Shown: positions 37,747-48,355 of the stretch, one piece after another
Numbering within the stretch: position 1 is the first letter of the stretch
Layout: every line of letters begins with the position of its first letter
Source: Eremomyces bilateralis CBS 781.70
Taxonomy: Eukaryota
Reading direction: 5' to 3' (one strand)
Length of the DNA: 64,000 nucleotides
Assembly: GCA_010015585.1 (NCBI GenBank)
Contig: ML975151.1
Position numbers and translations under genes: made by a program
Notes under the pieces: generated by a model
Told to the model about the DNA's origin: nothing
What the model saw: the letters and a program-made list of their open reading frames with translations, nothing else
Databases searched by the model: none

Positions 37747-38562
37747 ATGACCGACTACGCGAAGCTCAAGAATGCGGAGCTCGAATCCCTGCTGAAGACG
37801 AGAGGTCTTCCTCATGCCGGCAAGAAGGCTGATATGGTCGCGCGCCTTCAGCAAGACGATGCGGGTAAATCTACCGATGCGCCAGCTCCTACTGCGACAT
37901 CCACGCTGCCAGAACCCGCTGCCGCGACGAAGCCGGAGGGTGACGAGGATCAGATCGATTGGGATGACGACGCGCCAGACACAACAACTGCTGCCGCACC
38001 TGTCGAAACAGCGCCCGTCGGCGAGACTACCACGATCGAACCAACATCAACGAATACTGCGACCTCTGCGAATGGCGCTGATGTGACTGAGGAACCGAAG
38101 GAGGCGGACAAGCTCGAGGTCGATTTCACTGCTGGTCTCGCAACCACAGCTATCGATGTTGAGCTTGCGAAGCGCGCGGAACGTGCCAAGCGATTCGGTA
38201 TCGATACCTCCACCGATCCCGTGGCTCAGGAAGCAATTAAGAAGTTGGAGCGAGCCAAGAAGTTCGGCGTCTCGACTGCTGATGAGGCAAGTGGACAAAC
38301 CACATCAATGCTGGACTCGGCATTGCCGGAGCGCAAGCGCCGAAGGGAGGCGAATGACGTGGGCAATTCCGATGGGAAGAGGCGAGGCGGCAATGGCAGA
38401 GGAAGGGGTCGGTCCCGACGACAAGGCGGCGAAGACAGACGTGGCGGCGAAGGCAGACGTGGTGGAGAAAGTTCGGAACGGTCAGGAGGAGGCAGCTGGA
38501 TGAACGAGGACGAGCGGAGGAAGGCCGAGGCGCGGAAACAACGCTTCGCATCGAACACATAA
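37747..38562 (+). CDS. SAP-domain RNA-binding protein, Tho1/Mlo1/SARNP family
   Basis: N-terminal SAP DYAKLKNAELESLLKTRGLPHAGKKADMVARL; repeats RAERAKRFG / LERAKKFG; RGG-rich tail; RKAEARKQRF. Confidence 0.88.
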   Translation: MTDYAKLKNAELESLLKTRGLPHAGKKADMVARLQQDDAGKSTDAPAPTATSTLPEPAAATKPEGDEDQIDWDDDAPDTTTAAAPVETAPVGETTTIEPTSTNTATSANGADVTEEPKEADKLEVDFTAGLATTAIDVELAKRAERAKRFGIDTSTDPVAQEAIKKLERAKKFGVSTADEASGQTTSMLDSALPERKRRREANDVGNSDGKRRGGNGRGRGRSRRQGGEDRRGGEGRRGGESSERSGGGSWMNEDERRKAEARKQRFASNT

Positions 38563-39726
38563 GTGGGCTTTTCAAGCGCCCTATTTCTCTTAAATGGCTT
38601 TCTCGGGCGGCGGAGTTTGGTAGCATGGAGAATTAATGGGCAATCTGAGCATCTTTTCGACGGGCATCACGATTCCTTAAGTCTTCGCCGAGCCGAACCT
38701 TTTCCTTCGACCATGTAGTTTACCGCCATCGAAAGTGCAGTGCGCGTTTACTTCTACAATACCAAGCATGCCGTTGCAGACATATCGCTCAGATGTCGAT
38801 CTGTATGCAAAATCATGTGCGTCGCGTTCACAAAGCTGATGCGCAGCGAATGTTTCCTCGGTCTTACTGAGTGCCTACCCGTATTCTCGAGCGAGAACAG
38901 TGTCCGCCTCTCACACTAATTCATCCGAATCTCTCACCTCTGAGACATATCCTGCAGACCAGGACACAATCAGTGAAACCAAGGGGCCGCTCATCCAAAA
39001 ACCAACGGTTGGACGCAAATATTGATAACTACCGGTAATAAGTCTTTTTGGTCACTTTCCATCAAGATCCAACATATAGTCTATATTCTACAGCACCAGT
39101 AGAGACTAAGTAAAGCTTGTTGTGCCATACATAGTTTAAGCTGACCTCAGAAGGCTGCGCATGCTGACAGACAGTGCGTCCAATAGTTGAGGCAGTTTGG
39201 CAAGTCAATATATTTACGGACAGGATCAGCCACGTTTCGGCCCCCTAGCACATCAGTACGAACCCTGCTTCCACCTGCTCCTCCATTAATTCCCCTGGGG
39301 AGATGTTCAGTTGGATCGGCTTTGTTGGCACATTTGATAAAGCAACTGCGTCGATCAAGCCGCCATACCAATCATCCCTCAGTTGTTGTAATCTCACAGT
39401 GTACAATTGTAGACTATTCGATAATACGACCTAATCTATTAATGGTTGTACCATCCCGTCACGTTACCGGTCAACACGATGGTTTAAGAGCGCACTCTGG
39501 TGACCACAAGGTCGTATTTGCACCCCCCATGTTTCAAGCTTTTGTCTCCGTCACCTGTTTCTATCCGACTTAGTTTCAAGGGTAGCGATACTAGCATACA
39601 AATTGATAAGACAGGGAAGCGAAAGGCCCACACATAGGGCAGACCAGTCAGTGTATTAAAAAGGGGAAGAATCCTCAGACCGATCTTAAAAGCAGCTAAC
39701 TGTAAGTCTGGACGTCTATCTCGTCG

Positions 39727-40476
39727 ATGAACTGTTCGGAGGTGGTTGTGAAGATCGTTGAAACCAACCATCATCAGGGCCGAACTGATGTGGACTGGCA
39801 CTGTTCCATACTCGGAGACAATCACATCTCGGAGCAAGCAGAACAGGACTTTGAGACTCGACGACAGTCTAGCAGCTCGGTCAAACCCGAATTCGAGAGC
39901 TGCCACTCCCCAGCCATTCCTCCGTCGCTTTCTGAGCTGGTTTCGAAACTGATCGAGAAAACAATCCGTCCGACGATGTCTGAGTTAACCACAGCACCGA
40001 CATCCTCCATCTCCCGGGCGCTAATGGCATCCGCGACCGCCATGACCACGGCTTCAGCAAACATCAACGGTTCCGCGTCCCTCAGCAATGGCGCCAAAGC
40101 AGGGATCGTAATCGGTGCCTCCGTTGGCGTCCTCGTCTTGCTCACTCTCGTCATCTGGCTGCAGATCAGGTGGTCTCGACGAATGGGGACAAAATTTCCC
40201 GACGCCCTGACTCCAATCTATCCAGATTCATTCGGCTACATCCACGGGTATCCTGGACCTTATAACACCGTGTTGCATGATATGAGTTCTAGGGATGTGG
40301 AGAGAGCTCCCCAGAGTAAAGAGCAGGGGGTGCGTGTGCCCAAGACCGTCCGATTTCAGGAGACGAAACCGCATGTGGAGGAACAGATTGCGATCGTTTC
40401 GGAGGCTAGAGATGGAGAGGCTGGAAAGGATAGGAGGAACTCGAGGACTTCTGTGCTAACTGGAAGTACGCTCTAA
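39727..40476 (+). CDS. Hypothetical single-pass membrane protein (start uncertain)
   Basis: S/T-rich stretch, then LSNGAKAGIVIGASVGVLVLLTLVIWL followed by basic residues. Confidence 0.6.
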   Translation: MNCSEVVVKIVETNHHQGRTDVDWHCSILGDNHISEQAEQDFETRRQSSSSVKPEFESCHSPAIPPSLSELVSKLIEKTIRPTMSELTTAPTSSISRALMASATAMTTASANINGSASLSNGAKAGIVIGASVGVLVLLTLVIWLQIRWSRRMGTKFPDALTPIYPDSFGYIHGYPGPYNTVLHDMSSRDVERAPQSKEQGVRVPKTVRFQETKPHVEEQIAIVSEARDGEAGKDRRNSRTSVLTGSTL

Positions 40477-40848
40477 ATAATGATTTGACGATGTATGTAG
40501 TTTTCCGCTTCGTGCAGTATGACAGGTGCCGTTTAAAGGGTGGATGCGACCAAATAAAAAGTTTCAACCACTGTCTGACTTGAAATGGAGAATCCATCGT
40601 AAGGTAGACTAAGAATTGGAAAGATTTCGCGAGTGCTCAATATCTCGTCGTTAATAAAGGGTATAAAGTATTGAATTGATAAAAAAGGACGCCCGACATC
40701 TCGCTATGCTGAACGGGTAGTCAACTAACTCGACACTGGAACACCAGAAACGCCGCCGCTTGAAGGACAAGATCTTGAGTATGCAGCACAGCCTTGGTAA
40801 TGCTCCTATTTCTGCTACTGAGGTCGCCCTCCGCATCTCACACCCTCA

Positions 40849-41607
40849 CTAGTTGGAACCGGGAAGTTCAGCAGGGTGTTTGTCATGTGGATAAGGCCTT
40901 GGTTGATTCATCTCTCCAGGACGTTGGGCCGGGAAATTCTGCGCGGAACCGACACCAGGAGGGTGTGATGGAGGTAGCTCAGGGAGCGGCCTGTCAACGC
41001 CCGTATATCCGACCGGATATCCATATGCTCCTAGTGATGACGAGCCGGCTCCGGTGAAACACCCCGGTGGTCCATCTTTACGAGTCTCGCTCAGAGGTGC
41101 CCCGGCAATAATTGTGTCTACCAACCCCGAATGCGCCTTCTTCAGGGTCTTCTTGACAAAGGACGTCATCATGATATTGCACTTCATATCAACGTCTTCC
41201 CGCAGGTAGAGTCCCTCCTTCGGAGCGTCGATACCCAACTCCACGATTGGCCGCGGCTCGCCTGGTAACGAGCCCCCCAATGTCCACTTCCCCTTGATGT
41301 TGAGGCCCATTGGCGCGAAAACGTGGGTCTGAAGGCCATTGTCGAGGTCGTGAAAGCAACCGTGGTAGGTAAGCTTGCCAGAGATGGCACCGCCGGGAAG
41401 GTAATGAATGAGATCGGTAATCGCGTACCATTTACAGTGGAGTTCTTCGGGAGTCGCATATACTGGCGGTTCGCATGGGACGCGGCCGATGACAAGTGGG
41501 TTCAGATCGATCATTGCGAAGTGATTGTGGAGGGTTTCCATGACCGTTGCACGGCTGAGGCCTGCCGGCAGGGGCGTGATATGGGTGAAGACGGTACGTT
41601 TGGACAT
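40849..41607 (-). CDS. Conserved fungal protein (DUF7053-like N-terminal domain) with Pro-rich tail
   Basis: MSKRTVFTHITPLP...LHNHFAMIDLNPLV...GLQTHVFAPMG...LREDVDMKCN pattern; C-terminal PAELPG. DUF name is from recall. Confidence 0.7.
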   Translation of the reverse strand: MSKRTVFTHITPLPAGLSRATVMETLHNHFAMIDLNPLVIGRVPCEPPVYATPEELHCKWYAITDLIHYLPGGAISGKLTYHGCFHDLDNGLQTHVFAPMGLNIKGKWTLGGSLPGEPRPIVELGIDAPKEGLYLREDVDMKCNIMMTSFVKKTLKKAHSGLVDTIIAGAPLSETRKDGPPGCFTGAGSSSLGAYGYPVGYTGVDRPLPELPPSHPPGVGSAQNFPAQRPGEMNQPRPYPHDKHPAELPGSN

Positions 41608-42613
41608 GATGCTTATTGGTCTCCGTACGACGCGGAGGAGAATCCAGCTGCTTAGAAATATAAGATAAGACTTGATTTGTGACGTGGGTCAGAATGATAA
41701 ACCAGAAGACCAAGACCAGAAATGCGAGCAGCAGTGACAAACTCACGGGCGAGAGGAATTCTCCTATTCCAACTTCTATGTTGGTTGGTTTTAAACCGAA
41801 CTCCAGATGTCGATGATCGATCTACACCCGAAGTCACGTGGCTGAATTTGCCGTGGGAATTCTGCCCTCTGATTGGTCCACTCAAGAAAAATATACTGAC
41901 CGCGAATGCCCTGCATCCCCTTTTGGAGCAGATCTTACGCGACGGGAGGCCTTATAATAGGGTCACGTAAAGCATACAGGCGGGTGGGATGCCGTTAGGC
42001 CCGCCCGTTTGGGTGCCCGTATAAGATAGCTGGCGTGGGCACTCCAAGGGCAACCGATCGCAGGGGGAACTCCTGAGACGACCCGGCTCCTTTCCTTTTA
42101 CTATCAATCAAGACCTAACGAAGCTTCTACCAGCGTTTCCTTTATCGTTTGTTGTTATGAAGACTATCCACATCTCCATAATACTGTATGCAAACCTCGT
42201 TGACTCGCTAGCGACGCAATCTAATCAGGACGCCGCCAAACAGCACCAGTAACGATTAGAATTCATATTGAGAAAGTGAATGTTCGTTTGACTGTAGCGA
42301 TGCTCCCATGCTCTCACCATGACAGATCATGACCTAGAAAAAGCCATCTAATAATGGGAGGTTATTGACAGTTCGAACCAACATGGATAGCGGCACCATC
42401 ATCCGCTCATTTCCTTGATCGGGTTCCGTCAAATCCCTCTGCCTGAGCAATTCTTACCCCAAGTGCGAATTTTACTCTCCCCTGAACGAGACTCTCGCCC
42501 AAGAGAGTCGATCTCTCTCACTCGTGGTCTCGAAACCTCGTGTAGTGCTAGCGTCAGATGAAACTGGATATGCATTTGATTGATTGCAACAAGGTATTGC
42601 TGAACTCGCAGAA

Positions 42614-43719
42614 CTACGTCCGGTATTTTGGAGCGTCGCCAAACCGATCAGCAGTCAATCCAGCACTCCCTGGGTTACTCATTCCAGCTTCGATTTGTTT
42701 TTCATAGCTGATTTGCCGAAGCCGGCTGCTCTCCGCTGGAGTAAGATGAATGTAAATCTCAATCCCGACAAGGTGCAGAAATATTGCGAGCCAAACCTGA
42801 TGGTTCACGTCAGGAGGAATCAATGGACAGTGACAAATGAACGCCCACTTACAGCAGTGCCGAAGCTCAAGTTCAGTGCAGCTGCAATAGATTCTTTTCC
42901 TGCGTTGTAATCTGCTTTTACGACCGCGTAGCCGGCGGCCCCGATAGATGACTGGTTGAAAGGAACCAAGCAGGTGGGATATCTCTCCGCAATCTTTTTC
43001 TCGCTAATCATGAAGCGGAGTTCATCGCAACTCTTGACGGCAAAATAACTCCCGATAGCTGTCAAACTCAGTGCGCTGAGTGCCAGGATGAACCTCGTGG
43101 TGACAATGGCTCCACAATAGAACATTGTCCTCAGCATCCACTTGCGATGCTGGTCAATCTGGAGGCATTTGATGTTCCACCAAGCCATTGCCAATCCACA
43201 GGACACCAATATAGCTAATGTTCCAGTTGCAGATTGAGTGGCCACACTACCACCGAATGTGCGCCGAACGATCATCAGGCCGCCCACATTAGAAAGCAGT
43301 AAAAGGATGATGACAATGTAGCCGTTAATACGGTGGAAGAGCAGGAATTTGTGACGGATAACTGGCACGAACTGCCACACCATGAGGAACCCTGCGGGGA
43401 GGCATGTGGCAAGGTGGAGGGTGATACCGATACGATAATGTCCTTGTCGATGCCAGTACCACTCTCCTGGAGCAGAGTTCTTTGAGAAATTGTTAGCGAT
43501 ATCGAGATACTGGAACCTGGCTAGCACAAAGCCGACCATGGCGCCAGCAAAAATGATGACTGAAGGAAATAATAAATTAGAAGGGGCCCATGAACATTAT
43601 GATATAGTGAACGTACACAAGGGGAGGTTGTAGGTCTTTTGAAACCCCAGAGCATGAGAGGCGTGGAGACACAATCGGACAATAGCGGTGTGTTTCACCC
43701 GACCTTGAGGAGCAGCCAT
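42614..43719 (-). CDS. DUF2306-like membrane protein (3 exons)
   Basis: GITLHLATCLPAG, QFVPVIR, LFHRINGY, QIDQHRKWMLR conserved His motifs; C-terminal SAGLTADRFGD. Confidence 0.8.
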
Positions 43720-45011
43720 TGTGTCGACTAACTTGGTTGATCCTGATACCCAATTAACTATGCAAAAAACAATAAAGACTCGCAATGGCTTTGCAAGTAT
43801 ATGGGTGGTGATGAATTTGAAAGAAACGACTCCAAGTTGGATTCGGAGAAAGCTATGGACATCTTCAAGGCAGTAGTGAAAGGAAATATTTATATCCATA
43901 CCTACATGTTCAATTCTGCCTTTTGCCAAAACGTATACGAGTTTATGCAACTCCAAATGCAGCGTTCATATTTCTCGCAAGCCTCCCCAGTTTGGGAGTG
44001 CTCTGAGAAAACCACCTCTAATAAACCCCTGAGCGGTGATGGGTGTACGTCATATGAGCTATCATTGGCTGTAGCTTCGTGTTGCGGTAAATCAAGCAGG
44101 AGAAGTGGTAGTATGGTATGGTATAACAAACAAATAATCCACGTTGTACACCAAATATATGAAATCAATCAATGGCACATAGAGAGACAAGATGGATATT
44201 AGAAGTTGCATGAATAGAGGACGGCAGATCACCAACCACCTAACCAAAGGAGGGAAACCCAAGATTGGTCGCAAAGGATAGGGAGCTGTGTATCAACCAA
44301 TCAAAATGAAGAGATGACTTGGTAAGGCGAGCCTTGATCTCTTAAACCAGCGATGGATTGCTCGGTGCTGTTCTAAAAAATCTTCTAGCCGAGTATTGCG
44401 AGTATTGCGATACTCCCACTCCGATTATCATTGTCTGCCAACTCGTGTCGAAATAAGAACGCCTAGCAGACCAAAAGTTTGGAGTCACCTCGTGACTGAC
44501 GGAAACTTTGGACTCCAGATAGGCAAGGAACACTGCATGGCAAACGTTATGCTCGCCTTGATGTTAAATTTGATATTTCACCACGTCCACACCTAGCTCG
44601 TGGCCATACCGATCTGCCATATCTTCCTCCTGCTCAATGTACGTCCCATTGGGTTCTTGTTCAGAACTAACCTCTTTTGGTTGCTCCGTGTGCGCTGGCT
44701 GAATGCCCGATTGCTTGAGCCGCGTAATCATAGAATCTAGGCTGAGAGGCAGGCGGTGCTGCTGGCTCAGTGAGTCCCGCGCCATGTCGTCGTTTTCGTA
44801 TTTATCCTGGCATGGCTAAGGTATGGAGTTTTCTCCAGCTCCGTGGTATTGATTCGACACAGGTCAACTTGTTTGGCTCGGAAGCATGACCAATTTAGGG
44901 TCATTTCCATCGACTTTTGTACCGAACATTCTTCGCGCTCGCTTACGCCGGCTTCTCCGAAACAGTGACCGCTGGAGTTTGGTGAACAGACAACAACTGA
45001 AAAATGCGAGC

Positions 45012-45653
45012 TCAGATGGGCTTCGCCACTTTTCGGTCCTCTCGCTTTCCTGTAGTCATGCCTTCCATCTCTTTCCAGCTGACTGGAACCAGCTGCTCCC
45101 CATCATCTGCCCATGCCATGACCACGCCCAAGTCATTTCGAGCTGTACTTAGATAGTACGCAGCCTGATCTCCCAGACTAATAACAATTGCGCGGACAAT
45201 ATCGCCGACGCGGAAAGATTGCAGCATCTTCACTTTGTCCTTCTCGGTGGCGCGGATATCCTGAAGTCGTATTTGCCCGTTAAAAGGGGTTGTGCAGACG
45301 GCGAGGGAGGAGGAGGCTGCGGAGTCCGAGGGTGAGATGGCCAAGATCGAAACGGTCGCTTGCTTAAGGGTCAGACGAGTGACTCGGGCCAGAACGATGG
45401 AGTTGATTGTTGGCGAAATGGGGTTGATGGATGAGGTCGTGGTCGTTACAGAGACCGTCGCACGATCTGTGGTCTTCGCCGTGGTCTTCACCGGAGTACT
45501 GTTGGTATCTTGAGTTGGTGCTTGGTTGTGATCTGCCAGACCGAAAACAGAGGCGCAAATTTGCCCATTTTGTATATGGGTGTTTGGCCCAGCTTTTTCT
45601 GTCTTTGGGTTTCCTAGGACTTGCCCTGGGGCAACTAGAATGCCTTGGGCCAT
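45012..45653 (-). CDS. CSL4: Exosome complex component Csl4 (Ski4)
   Basis: APGQVLG, GPNTHIQ, SIVLARVTR, FNGQIRLQDIRATEKDKVK, SFRVGDIVRAIVISLGD, YYLSTARNDLGVV, EDRKVAKP. Confidence 0.93.
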   Translation of the reverse strand: MAQGILVAPGQVLGNPKTEKAGPNTHIQNGQICASVFGLADHNQAPTQDTNSTPVKTTAKTTDRATVSVTTTTSSINPISPTINSIVLARVTRLTLKQATVSILAISPSDSAASSSLAVCTTPFNGQIRLQDIRATEKDKVKMLQSFRVGDIVRAIVISLGDQAAYYLSTARNDLGVVMAWADDGEQLVPVSWKEMEGMTTGKREDRKVAKPI

Positions 45654-46273
45654 GGTTGTGACTCGGAGAAAAGAGTTACACGATAGTAACTCGGAAACGG
45701 GGATGCCAACGAAAATGGCAAACTTCGTGATGAAACGCGTCAATGTCCAACAATCAAGCTCTGACCAGCTGTTAGGCTCTCACTCTTTCGCTCGTCTTGA
45801 AAGGATTGATATTCTCATAGACACTTCACTCCCTGCCCACTATATGGTGCACTGTGTAAGCTGGGAGAATTGACGTGAATATAGATATCGATATCGAAAG
45901 TCCTCTTGATGTTGTATCTTGAATTCTTGATGCCCTGAGGCGCTAGCCAACAGCAAGGCTAGAACGAATTATGGTCACGTGATGATAAGATACTGAAACA
46001 GCCGCGCAACCTTACCTCAGCAAGCTCAGGCTATTTGTGGTCGTGCCAAGGCACCGGAGTGGGACTATACCTAATCGGTAAGTCACATGCACTCCTCGAA
46101 CAAATAGCCTGAGGATTCTGTCAATGGGTTTTGGGTGTGTGTGGAGAGCTTTCATACCAAATGGAAGACCATTTTTAACTCCATTTTCTTCCACAACCAC
46201 ACTGTGCTCCGTCAATTAAATATAACCATTCGATTCCCCTGCTTTTTCTCCATAATTGATTGAATTTTGGGTC

Positions 46274-47129
46274 ATGTCGGCCTGAAACCAGCGTCGTCAG
46301 AGCGCGCGGTTGAACTCGCCCACTTTGCTACTTGCTCCAAGTCCTCAGCATAGTGCTGCGTCAAACACATCTAATGCACCACATCAGAAAGTAAGAGGGT
46401 CTCAAAGACGCAGTAAGCCACAGAGAATAAATGAGATATGTCAATTCATGAAGAAAAGAGCATTAAATTTTGAGAATTTATCTACATCTACGCGACGACT
46501 TAAGGGTTGGGTGGTTATAGAGAGTGCTCTGTCACGCGAGCCAAATAGCTCGCTGAGGCTGTCTACGGTTAGCCAGAGCCCAGAGGTCTTAGACGCACTA
46601 TAAGAATCCCGCGTCTAGTGCGGCAGGAACTATCACTATAAAGGGTCTAAGGAAGGAAATGAAGGCACTAGAAGAAGCCGTAGATATGTTTAGTGCCTAC
46701 TAAGTCGACTGCATCTAGGAGAAGACTTTACCTACCGGCGTAGGGAGGGGGAAACAGTTAGAGGGTTAGAAAATCGAGGACTACGAGTGTATACTAGGCG
46801 ACATACTGTCTAGGCAGATATACGAGCAAGTTAGCACTCGTGCTCCTCTTCTATGTAGATTGCTTAATAGTCTTATGACACCTAAGATGAGAAAAGATCG
46901 ACTACCACGGGATCCTGTTAAGTTTAACCACAGGATTGCGATAGTCACGTTAATTCTCTGCTATTCTCGGGGGTCGGAAGGGAGCAATAGGTTTCCCCGC
47001 GTATTTGACGCCTTTCTGCATTCAAATGGTGTGAAACGGCGTGTCCTCGATATTCTTCACCAGCTTGGGGTTTATAAAGGCTACAAGAGGGCCCACAGAT
47101 ATCTCGAAACCGTGGCAGAATAAACAAAG
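46274..47129 (+). pseudogene. 5' fragment of DUF6589/Academ-like transposase gene
   Basis: Reading across TAA/TAG/TGA stops and one frameshift gives RINEICQFMKK...LRKEMKALE...RAPLLCRLLNSL...ILCYSRGSEGSNRFPRVFDAFLHSNGVKRRVLDILHQLGV..GY. This resembles the region upstream of DUF6589 cores (recall). Confidence 0.6.
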
Positions 47130-47196
47130 GCATCCTTATCGCCTCTTAGTATATAGACGTCGACCGATTATAACTAGGGGACGGTCCGTCGATATA

Positions 47197-47562
47197 CTCC
47201 TGTCTAATTCGATCCAAAGGGATAAGGATGAAGCCGATGCCACCGCGACAAAGCAATAGCGTTACCTGGAATATGACACTTTTACCAAAAGATATCTTCG
47301 CTACAAGAGGAAGGTCCTCCTACTTGAATACTAAATGCCATATAACATCTACCTGCTTCTAACGAGGCTCGAATGGGTAGAGATGGCGGTCTAGGCCTGC
47401 TCGGATGATGACCTTCTGCACTTCCTCGGGCACGTCTCTTGCAATTTCGACCAGCCGCTGTATAGCTAGCATACTCGTAGTGCTATAGGCATCGTGGACG
47501 AGATCTCTGGCGATGTCCACAGTCTCTCGTCGCCCGTTTCGAACGCTCGCCTTGCTTCGCAT
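47197..47562 (-). pseudogene. 5' fragment of RecQ-like SF2 helicase gene
   Basis: YPFEPR*KQVDVIWHLVFK*EDLPLVAKISFGKSVIFQ...GIGFILIPLDRIRQE: Q motif, Walker A and motif Ia, with two TAG stops; truncated before the DExH motif. Confidence 0.8.
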
Positions 47563-48355
47563 GGGAAATATGAACACAAAATGTGTTCAATAATAGATAT
47601 TCGTGTGAATACCGACCGAGAAAGGCGTTATATGACATCCAATGGGTGTTTTCCAGGCTCATTCGACCGTAAGCTCCGGAACGATGGCTGGATGGTGATT
47701 TCGGTGTGGTCTAGTTCATCACATATTAGCGTTTTTCACCCGACACAAGCATGGACATGTAAAAAAAAATCAATTACGAGATAGAGAATACTTTAATACA
47801 CAATCGATCAGATTTTGGAGTACATACGACGTGTTTTGATGTGGTTATTAATGGATCGTGATTTTGTCAAATCCACAGAGATACATACAAACCACATACA
47901 AAATTTATGCAGAGCAGTGCGCGTCATTGACAGAATCCTCAGGCTATTTACCAGAGGAGTAGTTAAAGTAACGTGACCTTTTACAAAAAAGGTTAGACTC
48001 CCCTGAGAAATAGCCTGAGCTTGCTGAGGTAAGCGCAACCAATTAGTGCTCTAGTAAGCTGTAAACCCTGTCACATGCACTTGCCAAGCCTAGCAGCTTA
48101 GCTTGTGGTATGCCTTACAGCCTCAGATGTTCCTGGCGATCACTCATTCCGGTTCCAGACTGCAACTGAACAGACGGTTTGAACTTCATGTTGAAGCTTT
48201 ACAAAACATCTCAACCCACAAAGCCACTCACTTTACTCTCACATTTACCCCCGCTCCCCCGCCTCGTGGTCTATATTTCCTTTCCTATTGGATACTCTAC
48301 TAGGTGCTATTCCATTCTTAGGTACTAGTAGCGAGACCTCGCATCCTGGATCACC

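Larger units (their letters stand above)
46012..48032. mobile_element. Internally deleted, RIP-mutated TIR DNA transposon, AcademH-like (transposase + RecQ helicase remnants)
   Basis: Perfect 25-bp terminal IR TTACCTCAGCAAGCTCAGGCTATTT (46012-46036 / 48008-48032); second perfect 25-bp IR (46102-46126 / 47925-47949); exact 8-bp direct repeat GCGCAACC at 46004-46011 and 48033-48040; two converging gene fragments inside. Confidence 0.88.

Noticed and set aside
43801..44800. ORFs 43801-44202 (+) and 44564-44785 (-)
   Set aside because: Short, with no family motifs; not called as genes.
48070..48081. GTCACATGCACT also present at 46082 inside the element
   Set aside because: A single 12-bp match outside the TSD that does not change the element boundary; chance or a promoter motif.
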